A stretch of 51,624 nt of DNA, taken from Candidatus Micrarchaeota archaeon (GTDB lineage: Archaea > Micrarchaeota > Micrarchaeia > Micrarchaeales > CABMGC01). Of the stretch, positions 19,003 through 29,600 are shown piece after piece. Each line of letters begins with the position of its first letter. The stretch's first letter is position 1. Both the position numbers and the translations under genes were made by a program. The notes under the pieces are model-generated. The model did no database searches. It was given only the letters and a program-made list of their open reading frames with translations, and was not told where the DNA came from. The DNA lies in assembly GCA_028866935.1 (NCBI GenBank), contig JAGWHH010000001.1:1-51624 (forward strand), in the 5' to 3' direction.

Positions 19003-19794
19003 TTAGATGGCCTCCTCCTTAAGTAGTTTTGATGCAATGAACCTCATATACCCTTCTGGTACGTTGTTCATTGCGTATTTTACCCAGTCCTTGCCAAATG
19101 GGACCAGTATGCTTACCTTTGCTCCCTTCTTCTGTATTTTCTTTATCTTGCCCTTCCCATATCCGTATCCGAATTCATAAACCACATCGCTTTTCTGCTT
19201 CTGCTTTATGACTTTCCAGAAAAGGTCTTCAGGCATCGAGGATACAACAAGATTGCCAACGTTCTTCTTTACTGAAGAAAGTGTCTTTGCAACTTCCTGG
19301 GGATCATCAACATTGTAATCTTTAAATGAGAGTTTTAGCGAACCCATCTTGCCATAATCATCAACCCTAAGGGCATCAATGACCAGGCCAACGCCATTAA
19401 GCCTGCTGACCTTTGCTGACAACTGCTTGTTGAGCCCGTCAGGTTCAACCCACAGAAATATTCCATACTTGTTGCATGCATCGGCAATAGTCTTGACATT
19501 ATCAAAAGCAGTCTGTTCATCAATGTCCGAGCCAAGCTGCTCAAGCTGCACATGTATGCTTGACTTTATGCCAGACCTGGCAATCCGCCTAACAAGCTCA
19601 GCGTAAGTTGTTGCATTGTACTTGGCCTTTGACTTATCAAGCACGTTTCCTGTCAGGAATGTTATCGAGGCAGGAACGCTCTCGCCATTGAGCTCCCTAA
19701 CTGCGTCAAGAGCCGAGTCCATTGTGGTGCCTGCAATGTGTTTACGTACGAGTTTGCGTAGAATTCTTTCTACGAAAGGTTCATGCTCCTCCAA
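19003..19794 (-). CDS. Proline dehydrogenase-like protein, degenerate
   Basis: RKHIAG...A...L, SIHVQLEQLG and VPFGKDW..Y termini match ProDH; catalytic motifs are altered. Confidence 0.65.
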   Translation of the reverse strand: MEEHEPFVERILRKLVRKHIAGTTMDSALDAVRELNGESVPASITFLTGNVLDKSKAKYNATTYAELVRRIARSGIKSSIHVQLEQLGSDIDEQTAFDNVKTIADACNKYGIFLWVEPDGLNKQLSAKVSRLNGVGLVIDALRVDDYGKMGSLKLSFKDYNVDDPQEVAKTLSSVKKNVGNLVVSSMPEDLFWKVIKQKQKSDVVYEFGYGYGKGKIKKIQKKGAKVSILVPFGKDWVKYAMNNVPEGYMRFIASKLLKEEAI

Positions 19795-19880
19795 GGAAAA
19801 CCCTGTATACCTATCTATAAAACTAATGATTTATAATAGGTATATATTATAGCTCAGATAGCTTTATTAACTGGTCAAGC

Positions 19881-21125
19881 ATGCTCACATTATCAAGTTC
19901 AAATGGAACAGGGGGGACCGTAAAGGCATCTCCCGAAGACTTCATTGTAAGGGAGATAACCGCAAAGGGTTTTGCTCTCTCCCTCAACGAAAAGTATGCC
20001 CCAGCGCAGCTGGGCGAGACTGAAAACAAGGAAGGAAAGTTCACTACTTTTGTGCTGCAGAAAAGGAACTGGGAGACTGTCAACGCGCTGATTAAGATAG
20101 CAAAGCTGACCGGCAGGGGAAAGAAGAGCATTGCATATGCAGGAAGCAAAGACAGGCAGTCAGTATCCGTGCAGCTTGCAAGCATATTCGGCATTGAGCC
20201 CGCGCAGATCGCATCAATGAACATAAAAGACATTTCAATAAACGGAGCCTGGAAATCTGACGGAATAGAGCTGGGCAGCAACATCGGGAACGCATTTACA
20301 GTAATAGTAAGGAACTGCGTTGAAGTTGACAATATAGAAAGAATTATTTCAGAGCTTAACGGGAAGGCTCCCAACTACTTCGACAGGCAGAGGTTCGGGT
20401 TAAGGCTCAATAACTTTGCAGTTGGCATGAAGCTGCTCAAGTCAGATTTCAACGGGGCAGTGATGGAATTCCTTACTAATACAAACCTAGAGACAAATGC
20501 AGATGCAGTACGTGCAAGGAGCATGCTTGCACAAAACCCAGACTTCAAGGAGGCGCTACAGTACTTCCCAAGATACCTAAAGCCTGAACGCAGCGTCATA
20601 GAGTACATGGCAAGGTATGACAATTACGCAAATGCAATGAGGAAGCTGCCTAGAGGAATACTATTGATGTTCGTTCATGCAGTACAGTCTGTGATATTCA
20701 ACGCGTCGCTTGAGAGAAGAATAAAGGATCAGGATTTCGAGTCGGAAATAAACTGCAATAAAAATTTCTACGGATTTCCAGATGCAAACGCAGTCAGTGC
20801 ACAGGGAGAATTTGCACTAGGCACCATAGTAGGATATGATACAAAACCAGAGAGGATCAGCGAATTCGAGAAAGAAATAATGGAGAAGCTCGAACTTAAG
20901 ACAGAAGACTTCAAGATAAAGTCAATGCCGGAACTCTCGCTCAGAGGTTCTTTAAGGACACTGATGATGCCGATCAAGGACCTTTCATACAAGACAGAAA
21001 ATAAGGATGCAACTATTAGTTTTTCAATTCCAAGCGGCTCTTATGCAACTATACTTATCAATGAAGTGACAAAGTCGGACACTTTGACCATAAGGGAGAT
21101 TACACGCCCTAGCCAAGTGTTCTGA
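19881..21125 (+). CDS. truD: tRNA pseudouridine(13) synthase TruD
   Basis: PEDFIVRE, AGSKDR, GNAFT, PNYF..QRFG, F.IPSGSYAT. Confidence 0.95.
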   Translation: MLTLSSSNGTGGTVKASPEDFIVREITAKGFALSLNEKYAPAQLGETENKEGKFTTFVLQKRNWETVNALIKIAKLTGRGKKSIAYAGSKDRQSVSVQLASIFGIEPAQIASMNIKDISINGAWKSDGIELGSNIGNAFTVIVRNCVEVDNIERIISELNGKAPNYFDRQRFGLRLNNFAVGMKLLKSDFNGAVMEFLTNTNLETNADAVRARSMLAQNPDFKEALQYFPRYLKPERSVIEYMARYDNYANAMRKLPRGILLMFVHAVQSVIFNASLERRIKDQDFESEINCNKNFYGFPDANAVSAQGEFALGTIVGYDTKPERISEFEKEIMEKLELKTEDFKIKSMPELSLRGSLRTLMMPIKDLSYKTENKDATISFSIPSGSYATILINEVTKSDTLTIREITRPSQVF

Positions 21126-21196
21126 TACTCTGGTTTTTGCCTGCGCTACATTTAAGAATGAGAAAACTTAGCGTAAAATGATTAATTGGTAACTCT

Positions 21197-21814
21197 ATGG
21201 CCGCAAAAAGAAAGATTTTGGAAATAGGTCACGGCGGGACACCATTAGGAATGGACTTTAGAAAATTTGTGGAGGTTGTGCCTAGCCATATTGAATACCA
21301 CGGTATCGATTCTTGTTTCATAACCCCAAGAGCAGCAATTGAGCCTTTCCGCATGCCGACAGCGCTCGAAGAACGTATCTTCGAGGCCGAAAAGTTTCAT
21401 TATGAATTGAAGCCTGATAATGTCGAATTATACCGCATGGATGGAAAGCGCATCATGTTTCCAAGTTCCACTTTCGATGAAATTCACATGCATTATCTCC
21501 TCTCAGATCCGATACTTAGGCATGCAAACGGCGATTCGATACCTCAAATATTGAGGGAAACAAAAAGGGTACTCAAAGATGACGGAGTGCTAATAGTAAG
21601 CGACCTAAGGCTCCCATATCTATTCGACGAAGAGCCGCAGGAAACGTTCATACCAAGAATGCTCGAAGCTGCAGGATTTTCAGTAACTTACGATGAAGGT
21701 GAGCTGAAGAAGGCGACGGCATTCTACGGATTCATTGAAGGCAATACAAAAGTTATTGCACTCCTCCAAGGAGACATAAACGATAGGCTAATGCTTCTGG
21801 CAAGGAAGGAGTGA
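21197..21814 (+). CDS. Class I SAM-dependent methyltransferase-like orphan
   Basis: ILEIGHG, GID, F.S.TFD and RVLK.DG.L motifs. Confidence 0.75.
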   Translation: MAAKRKILEIGHGGTPLGMDFRKFVEVVPSHIEYHGIDSCFITPRAAIEPFRMPTALEERIFEAEKFHYELKPDNVELYRMDGKRIMFPSSTFDEIHMHYLLSDPILRHANGDSIPQILRETKRVLKDDGVLIVSDLRLPYLFDEEPQETFIPRMLEAAGFSVTYDEGELKKATAFYGFIEGNTKVIALLQGDINDRLMLLARKE

Positions 21815-21820
21815 CTTACA

Positions 21821-21887
21821 GATACGCCGGGACTGGAATTTTCCAAACCTTTGACTGACTTTTTCAAAAGTTTATTTGAACTCAGAA
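21821..21887 (-). repeat. Degenerate duplicate of the tRNA-Ser 3' end including its T-loop intron (att-like repeat)
   Basis: 59/67 identity by manual alignment to 22839-22905. Confidence 0.9.
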
Positions 21888-21957
21888 TAGCCCTGATTGC
21901 TAAGCATTTTGGAATAATATTATATATCAGACAAACTGACGAGATTGTAGTGAATCC

Positions 21958-22788
21958 ATGCAGTTTATGACTAAGCGTTCTGCTGATGCCGAATTAAAGG
22001 AAACTGTTAGGGTGTACTTAATACACGATGCTAATAATATCGGTCAAGCCGTAAGGCTATTACGAGAGGATTTTCCTATGACTCAAGTCAGGCTCGCGGC
22101 ACTTGTAGGCGTGACTTCTTCAACTATTTCTCGCATAGAACGTGGACACGAGCCAGGATCTAAAACACTGCTCAGAAAAATAGCTGATCAATTGGACGCT
22201 ATGGAAGCTCAGCGGGAAAAATTAATTGAACTTCACGGCGCTTTTATCCCAACTAAGCCTAGCATGGATACAGAACTTGGGGATAGATTAAGGAAACTGA
22301 GAGAAAGCAGGGGATTTTCAAAGAAACGTTTATCAAAAGAGTCAGGAGTAAGCGTTAGGCACATCCAGAAAATAGAATATCACGAAAGAGGAATTTCCCC
22401 TGAGTTAATGAAGACGCTTTTAAATACAATGGCTGTAGAAGGCAATGAGCGCACAAAACTGCTTGGTCTGGCCACATCGGATCCAAGAGATGTTAGGAGC
22501 AAGGGTTCCCAGAAGGAGCTCGGAAAGGTCATTAGAGCAATAAGGAAAAAGGCAGGCCTGAAGCAAAAGGAATTTGCAGAAAGGATAGGGGTCTCACAGG
22601 CCAAGGTGTGTAACATGGAGCTAAAGAATGATGGCATATCTAGAGTGATATTCAACCGAATTGTAGCGGCTTTGAATCCTGATGATGAACTTAAGGAAAG
22701 ACTATCAAAATGTATCCTTCCAGGCAAGGAAACGAGAAGTACTGGTGCTAGTCTTATGATCGAACTTCATGGGCGCTCTTACGATTAA
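21958..22788 (+). CDS. Protein with three tandem Cro/C1 (Xre) HTH domains
   Basis: MTQVRLAALVGVTSSTISRIERG; FSKKRLSKESGVSVRHIQKIE; LKQKEFAERIGVSQAKVCNME. Confidence 0.88.
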   Translation: MQFMTKRSADAELKETVRVYLIHDANNIGQAVRLLREDFPMTQVRLAALVGVTSSTISRIERGHEPGSKTLLRKIADQLDAMEAQREKLIELHGAFIPTKPSMDTELGDRLRKLRESRGFSKKRLSKESGVSVRHIQKIEYHERGISPELMKTLLNTMAVEGNERTKLLGLATSDPRDVRSKGSQKELGKVIRAIRKKAGLKQKEFAERIGVSQAKVCNMELKNDGISRVIFNRIVAALNPDDELKERLSKCILPGKETRSTGASLMIELHGRSYD

Positions 22789-22842
22789 AGCCCCAAATTG
22801 CTTCTCGAACTGCTCAAATCGCCAGAAAGATAGGAAATGATA

Positions 22843-22977
22843 CGCCGGGACTGGGATTTTCCAAACTTTTGACCAAACTCTTCAAAAGTTTATTTGAACC
22901 CAGAAGGCCCGAAGGCCACCAGATCTCGAGTTTCGCCAAATAATTTCTGGCGCGATACCGGATTCTGCCATCCCGGC
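22843..22977 (-). tRNA. tRNA-Ser(CGA) with two non-canonical introns (30/31, 15 nt; 59/60, 36 nt)
   Basis: GCCGGGA/TCCCGGC-G acceptor; long variable arm GGCC-TTCG-GGCC. Removing 22932-22946 restores CCAGA-CT CGA GA-TCTGG; removing 22857-22892 restores CTGGG-TTCAAAT-CCCAG. Mature length 84 nt. Confidence 0.9.
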
Positions 22978-23048
22978 GCAGTAATTAAAAGCTTGCTGAT
23001 AAAAGTAATAAATACCTGTTGCAGCACAAAGATAATATCATTGATAAA

Positions 23049-24602
23049 ATGCCTAATCTGATTAAGCGATCCTCACTCAGGCTAATCGTACTAGTAGTAT
23101 TCGTAATCATGGCCATATCCGGTCTTCTCTTCTCGCTTTATCTGATCTATTTCGGCGCACATGACCTTTACACTTATGCACTTGCGGCAATGTTCATCAT
23201 TCTTTCCCTGATATCTGGGTTCTTCAACGTCTTTATAGCCTATTCATATTACAGATCCGCATTCTATGACGAATATCTTGAAGGCATAAAAAAGAAGCTC
23301 AAGCCAATTGCATTTTACCCTACAGTGGCAGTAGCAATGCCTGTATTTAATGAAAATGTAGAGATGGTAAAGAGGAACCTCTCAAGGCTTAAGACGATAA
23401 ACTATCCCGCTGAAAAACTCCATTTCTACCTTCTTGATGATTCCACAAAGGAAGACACCTTAAAGGAACTCAAGTCATTTGCAAAGTCAAATGGCATAAC
23501 GTACCTACACAGGGAAAACAGGAAGGGATTCAAGGCAGGCGCGCTAAACAACATGCTAAAACACTCAAAGGAGGAGTTTATTGCAGTCTTTGACTATGAT
23601 GAATACCTTACTGACCAGAACTTCCTTACAGATCTTCTTCCTTACTTCCAGGACTCAAAACTATCTTACCTACAGACCGAAAAGAGGTATTTCAAGGGAT
23701 CTTTCTTCTCAGACACCGTAGACCTTTTCGATGCGTTCTTCTTCAAGTTCGTTCAGCCATCAAGGGCGCTAAACAACACTGCGATATTTGCAGGTTCATG
23801 CGGCCTTATAAGACGGGCTGCAATCAACAAGGTCGGCGGATTCCCAGAATACGTGATAGAGGATACCTTTTTCAGCCTTGAATCAGACCTCCATAACTAT
23901 ACAAGCCTGTACATACCGCAGGTATATGCGTATGGAAAGCCTGTTGCAACATTCACAGAGCTTGTAAAACAGCAGTGGAGATACAACTATGGCGATACAC
24001 AGTTCATGATGTATTACTTTAGTAGGATCAAGGACAAGAAGGTAAAGAAGCACTCGCTTCTATCCACTATAGACTACATAACACACGGCCTTGGCCTTAA
24101 CTATGTCTCTGTAATGCTGATAATGTTCACGCTCATGTCTGCACTTCTTGTCTTTGTTGCCGCGCCTCCATCTCAGGTTACAATAACGCAGCTCCTTGAG
24201 GCAAAGTACATTGCAACTACCATGGAAATAATGGGTATATGCACCCTTGTACTCTCTATACTCGCTCCAGCCATCCTTACAAAGATACACTTCAAGTCTA
24301 TACGAAAGGGATTCATGGTATTCTTCCTAAACTTTGCGCTGTCAATGACAAGGACACGCGCTGCAGTGTCTGCATACCTTAACTCCTCTCCATCATACGG
24401 ATGGGTCAAAGACGGTAAGAACGTCAATGGCAGGGTCAGCAGGACCTTCAAGAGATCTATATCAGAAGTGACTTTCTCTTCAGTATTGCTTATACTTAGT
24501 GTATTTGCCTTCATAATAAACAATGTATATGGCGCTGCGTGGCTGCTCTGGTACGGCATGCTCTACGCAAGCACATTCATCTTATTCTACAAATACGGCT
24601 AA
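23049..24602 (+). CDS. Membrane GT2 glycosyltransferase, cellulose-synthase-like
   Basis: LDDS, GFKAGALN, FDYD, IED, QQWRY (variant QxxRW); N- and C-terminal TMs. Confidence 0.9.
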   Translation: MPNLIKRSSLRLIVLVVFVIMAISGLLFSLYLIYFGAHDLYTYALAAMFIILSLISGFFNVFIAYSYYRSAFYDEYLEGIKKKLKPIAFYPTVAVAMPVFNENVEMVKRNLSRLKTINYPAEKLHFYLLDDSTKEDTLKELKSFAKSNGITYLHRENRKGFKAGALNNMLKHSKEEFIAVFDYDEYLTDQNFLTDLLPYFQDSKLSYLQTEKRYFKGSFFSDTVDLFDAFFFKFVQPSRALNNTAIFAGSCGLIRRAAINKVGGFPEYVIEDTFFSLESDLHNYTSLYIPQVYAYGKPVATFTELVKQQWRYNYGDTQFMMYYFSRIKDKKVKKHSLLSTIDYITHGLGLNYVSVMLIMFTLMSALLVFVAAPPSQVTITQLLEAKYIATTMEIMGICTLVLSILAPAILTKIHFKSIRKGFMVFFLNFALSMTRTRAAVSAYLNSSPSYGWVKDGKNVNGRVSRTFKRSISEVTFSSVLLILSVFAFIINNVYGAAWLLWYGMLYASTFILFYKYG

Positions 24603-24615
24603 ACATGGCGGTACA

Positions 24616-24924
24616 ATGATATTCTTCAATGAATTCGACACTGCAAAGGGAAAGATGATAGCAATGTGCGATGAGGAGCTTATGGGCAAGGTGCTAAAGG
24701 AAGGCAAGATAGAGATAAACCTCAAGCAGTATGGTGGGTTCTACAAGGGAGACCTGCTTACAGAGGACGATGTCAAATCAAAGATAAACAAGTCTGTATA
24801 TTCTGCCAACGTGGTAGGGAACAGGTCAGTCAAGATACTCAAGGACGCTGGTCTGATAAAAGATGCAGATGTCCGGTCTGTACAGGGAGTAAAGTATGTG
24901 CACCTGTTCAGGATAATGAAATAG
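24616..24924 (+). CDS. DUF424 family protein
   Basis: IAMCDEELMGK, FYKG, SANVVGN.SV, GV....F. Confidence 0.85.
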   Translation: MIFFNEFDTAKGKMIAMCDEELMGKVLKEGKIEINLKQYGGFYKGDLLTEDDVKSKINKSVYSANVVGNRSVKILKDAGLIKDADVRSVQGVKYVHLFRIMK

Positions 24925-25110
24925 CTTATACTTAAACTTAAACGCAAATTTGCACCGAACCAGGCTTTCCTCCTAAAGAAATAGACTCTTCTTTACAAGC
25001 TAAATAATCGCCAAGTCTAACAAGGTCACATTATAACAGACTTCCAGACCTAAGTTGCTCAAAAAGTTAAGTTTAAGTATCAGGAAACTAGTAAATGCTA
25101 CTGTGGTGAT

Positions 25111-25938
25111 GTGAGAATATTAAGGCGAAGAAATGCAGGTCCAAAGGCCGATCCCGAGGAGGAAGCCATATACAAAGACATGATAGCAGGCAACTATGAT
25201 CTTGCCATGACGCGTACCTTTACTTCTGAAGAGAAAGAAAAAGTTGACAGAGCTGTAAAAAGGGCGATTCGAAAGAACTGGGATACGCTCAGTTATCATA
25301 ATCCACATCAACTTAGAGCTAATTTAAAAAACAGAGGTATCATGGAATATGATCCTGAATTGGTAAAGGACACTATCATAGAGATGATAAGTGACGGACT
25401 ATGCAAGGTAGAAAAACCAATTGAAATATATGATTTGAAGCTGAGAGAATTCGCTTCGGCTTTCGAGATACGCACTAACGATCCAAGAATCGAATCTGCT
25501 GCGCTTGATCTGATAAAGAAGTCCTTGCTTTCTACTGACATGAGCGTGATCAAATTACTGCTTGAGCACGTTGATGTTTCAAAAGACAAGATTGGCGAAG
25601 TGATATTAGAATACGAACCCGAACTTAGCAAGAGGAAGGGCTTATACGATCCAGTAAAGATTGCAGAGCAACTTGGAGTGTCTAAGTCAGTGATAGAAGA
25701 AATAGCTCTTCGATATCATAACAAATTGCTTGGAGAGGGGAATAGTATAGGTGCAGCAATTACGGGCAGGGATGCAAAAGTCCCCGAAGATCAGACCACT
25801 CTTGATGCTTATCAAAGGTTGTTGGACAGTGGAGACTATAAGGGCGCCAGGAGGTTAATTATTGAGTCCTCTATCTTAACGCCAGCAGATAGGATAGAGC
25901 TTATAGAGGCTGCAATAAACCTTGAAAGGCGCGAATGA
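25111..25938 (+). CDS. Hypothetical helical-repeat orphan protein
   Basis: 275-aa ORF, GTG start with GGTGAT SD. Confidence 0.65.
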   Translation: MRILRRRNAGPKADPEEEAIYKDMIAGNYDLAMTRTFTSEEKEKVDRAVKRAIRKNWDTLSYHNPHQLRANLKNRGIMEYDPELVKDTIIEMISDGLCKVEKPIEIYDLKLREFASAFEIRTNDPRIESAALDLIKKSLLSTDMSVIKLLLEHVDVSKDKIGEVILEYEPELSKRKGLYDPVKIAEQLGVSKSVIEEIALRYHNKLLGEGNSIGAAITGRDAKVPEDQTTLDAYQRLLDSGDYKGARRLIIESSILTPADRIELIEAAINLERRE

Positions 25939-26039
25939 AACAAACCCTCGTTTGTCAATAAATTAAATCCTTAACATTTTGCAGACAAGCAATATTCAGC
26001 CTTTGTTAAGGTATCTTATTGCCCCAGAATAATCCTGTG

Positions 26040-26390
26040 TCATGAGCCTTCTTTATCCTTCAGGTTTATGAGTGCTGCAGCTATGTCTCCGTTGGCCTGT
26101 TCAAGAGCTATTCTTGCCTTCTCAGGATCATCTATCCCTGACTTCTCCATGAATAGCTTAATGTCGTCATCGTCTATCTGGACCTTCACCTTGTCTACCT
26201 CCTTTATGTCTCCTTGTATCTGGAATGATACGCTCCCTTTGGCATCTATCTTAGTCACTTGGGGGTTCTCAACTATGATGTCCATGTCCGCCCCTTCTAT
26301 GACTACTCTGCTTGCATCTAATTCAGTGCTCTTGATACCCATGCTGTCCATTATGCGCTTTAGCTGCCTTGGGTCAATATTGGGCATCAT
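26040..26390 (-). CDS. nac: Nascent polypeptide-associated complex protein (aeNAC)
   Basis: DPRQLKRIMDSMGI, NPQVT, C-terminal UBA-like A..ALE.ANGDIAAA. Confidence 0.93.
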   Translation of the reverse strand: MMPNIDPRQLKRIMDSMGIKSTELDASRVVIEGADMDIIVENPQVTKIDAKGSVSFQIQGDIKEVDKVKVQIDDDDIKLFMEKSGIDDPEKARIALEQANGDIAAALINLKDKEGS

Positions 26391-26621
26391 AATAATCAGT
26401 ATATAATATACAGGATAAGATTTAAAACCTTAAATTACCAATTAGCAAGCAACCCCTAGAGCCTGTCACCCATGTCATTTAACGAACAACACAGAAACCG
26501 CACATACATCCAAAATAAACCGAATAATGCTTTTCGTCGAACCACTTCGTCTTTAGAAGAAGTGGCATATAACAAAAGACGAACTTTTGCATTTAATATA
26601 CATATTAAAAGTAAAACAAAT

Positions 26622-26637
26622 AGAAAGCCTTTAAATA
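26622..26637 (+). promoter_or_regulatory. BRE/TATA promoter of the S-layer gene
   Basis: AGAAAGCC-TTTAAATA about 45 nt before the ATG; GTGGTGA SD next to the start. Confidence 0.6.
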
Positions 26638-26682
26638 GTTAACTTCGAAGTCCATATCACATAGAATACTAAGTGTGGTGAA

Positions 26683-29600
26683 ATGAAAACCATAAACGCA
26701 AAGAGAATAGCTGCCGTGGCAGCAAGTTTGTTAATGGGCCTTGCATTTGCAGGCACAGGAGGAGTAACATGGAGCAACATACCGATAATCAACAACCAGG
26801 GACAGCCTGTTGTACAGATCGTGGTAGGATCCACCGCTCAACCGAGCGATGGAGTAGTCGCTGCTAACATTGCAGCTGTACTAGGAAACCTAGCATTCAC
26901 ATCTGTAAACGTGACTGCAACCCCAGGTGGACTGTCAAACGTGCACTGCGTCGTAACAACGCCAACATGCACACTGACAAACCAGCAGGTATGGTTTAAT
27001 GAGCACGGATTTTCTGCGCCAAGCGGATCATACTCATTCACAGCCTTGATAGGATCTGTATTTAATGCAGGACTAACACTTGGTTCGCCATCAAACACAA
27101 AGTCATTGGCGACATCAAGCAGCTATGGTTATCCAGTGACATCAACAGTCGCACTGGCACTCTCACCACAGACATCACCATACTCAGGTGGTCCAACACC
27201 TCCATACTCACAGACAGTAACTGCTTCAACTAACGGAGGAGGCATGTCCTCATCTGGATTTGGAGGAACAGGATTCAGAAGCGGACAGATAGACAGCATG
27301 CTTGAAGTAACCAATTCGCAGCTTCCAGCATTGCTAAACAACTGGGGCTCATATGGAGAGTCTTCACAGCTGTGGATTACAGGAGAACCTGTATTTGACC
27401 AGGCAAGCGGTGTAAACAACTTCGCAGTATTTGACGCAGGTGGTGCATACCAGGTACTGTTCAATAAGCCAATACCATACAGAACTGCTGGAAACGCGAT
27501 AAACAATGCAAACATCCAGTTCCTTGGTAAGAACTGGACTGTATTGAACTATCAGCTTCCAGGAACAAGCAAGTGGAACAGCGCAGTAAGCGCAACAGCC
27601 TCAGCTTCTTCATCAAATGCAGTACTGGGAGGAGCACTATCACTTGCAGCGTCATTGACACCAGTGCAGACAATATATGTAGGCCACAATGTATCAAGCG
27701 GCGGATTCACAGTATCCCTAACCGACTTGGGTCAGCCTAACTCTGGAGGTACCTCGCAGGCATCTATAAACCTATACTATAATGGCACATTAACAAACAC
27801 GACACAGATCAGCCCAGGAAACACAACAAAGTTCCAGGTAGGGAGCCACACAGTATACGTAAAGGTAAACCAGACCTTTGCAGGTTTGTACGCATACCAG
27901 AAGTGGGCAAAGATGCAGCTGTACTCAAACGTGTTCAACATAACAGACAACGCAGCACTTAACACGACAAATGCAAACGGATGGACAGCAAGATTGTGGT
28001 GGACAAACTCCACAGGAAGTGCTGGAATCGACAACGAGCTTTCCTCGATAGTCATATACAACACAACTCCATCAAGCAACCCACTGCTTCCAGGGCAGAG
28101 CTTCACATTTGTAACGCCTAATATGACAAATTGGAAGGTAAGCTTTGTAGGATCGACACTTGGCAACAACTTTGATCCGGCAACATTTGCATTGTCTACA
28201 ACAACGACTGGATATGCAAACAATGGGGCAATAAACGGTGTACACACTCCACTTGCAAACTTGACACAGCAGCCAACTCCAGAGCTTGTAGTATCAAGCC
28301 AAATACCAAACGCATTCTCATATGCGGGTCAGGTAGGCGGACAGTTGGTATACAACCTTGAGCCATACCAGGTGCAGCAGGTTGCAAACGGAGTTGCTTC
28401 AAATGGCATGACAAGTGGCGGCTCAGGAGTAAACAAAGCGGTAGTTACATTGACATCAACCAATGGGGATGCAAATGTAGTAACAGCAACTAACCCTCTG
28501 ACAGTAACCGTAACCGGTTACACAACGTCAACGTTCGCAGGAGGCTCGTCAAACACGCTTTCAACGAACTCAGTGACGTTCTATGGATTGCCATCTGGAA
28601 CCAATTCAATAGGCCTGGGAGAAAACCTGTACAACGTGACGAACATTTACTTAAGCAGAGTAGTACCTCTGGTAAATGCAAACGTAGTGAACTATGGTAC
28701 AGGTATTGCAGGTGCTGCAAATGCAATAGGCAATACTATGGCAGTTCTCAGCGTACAGAGCCCACAGCTCATGTACATACAGACGTCTGGCCAATCGAAC
28801 TACCACCTGACATCAGGTTCAACAGTGAGCTACAACCAGCAGAACGGTCAACCAACAGAGACGTTCTCGTTGAGCCCAGTAACCCCAAGCAGCATATTCG
28901 GTTCACACCAGTACTTCACATACGCGTTAACCGAAAATGCAGTCCCTGGATCAACATCTACCAGCGACATGCTTGAGATCGGAGTGTTCAACAACACAGC
29001 AGGAATTGGCACATCGCCATACTTCCAGCTCAACACATCTCTGAGCAACAACAGAAACAACCTGACATACGTCTCTTCACAGAGCAACCAGGTCAATGCT
29101 CCAGTAGGATTCTACACAGAGCGTGGAACAAAGGTGGCATCAATATCGCCATCAAGCGTTACACTGGACTTGGCAAAGGCAGTTGACACACTGCAGTTCG
29201 TGGTCGGACCAACTTCAGGAACGAGCTCAAACGCCACAAGCCTGACAACACAGGTAGGCCCAGTTGGAGTAGGACAGGCAGTACCAGGATTTGCAAACTT
29301 GACAGTGAGCAAGGTGAATGCAACATGTGCATTCAGCTCAACAAGCTGCAGCGTATCTGGATTGTCAAACCTAACCGCAACGCCATCAGTGACATCAGCT
29401 ATAACTCCAGTAGCAGGAGGCCTTAACACAGCGACAACGCCACTCGCAGTGCTTGACAGCAATGCGAACAGCGCATCAACGCTGATAGTTGTAGGAAGCA
29501 AGTACGTGAACTCAGTGGCTGCACAGATCTTCGCACAAAACTCTGCATTGAATGCAAGCTTTGGCCCAGGATCAGCACCAGTGGTTTCAGCAGAAGGAAC

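Larger units (their letters stand above)
21821..22905. mobile_element. tRNA-anchored genomic islet (att-like direct repeats around one gene; no integrase)
   Basis: 67-bp direct repeats of the tRNA-Ser 3' end flank the triple-HTH gene. Confidence 0.6.

Noticed and set aside
21821..21887. Possible split (trans-spliced) tRNA half
   Set aside because: The T-stem is broken (A-C mismatch), no complementary leader is visible and an intact gene lies 1 kb away; an att-like relic fits better
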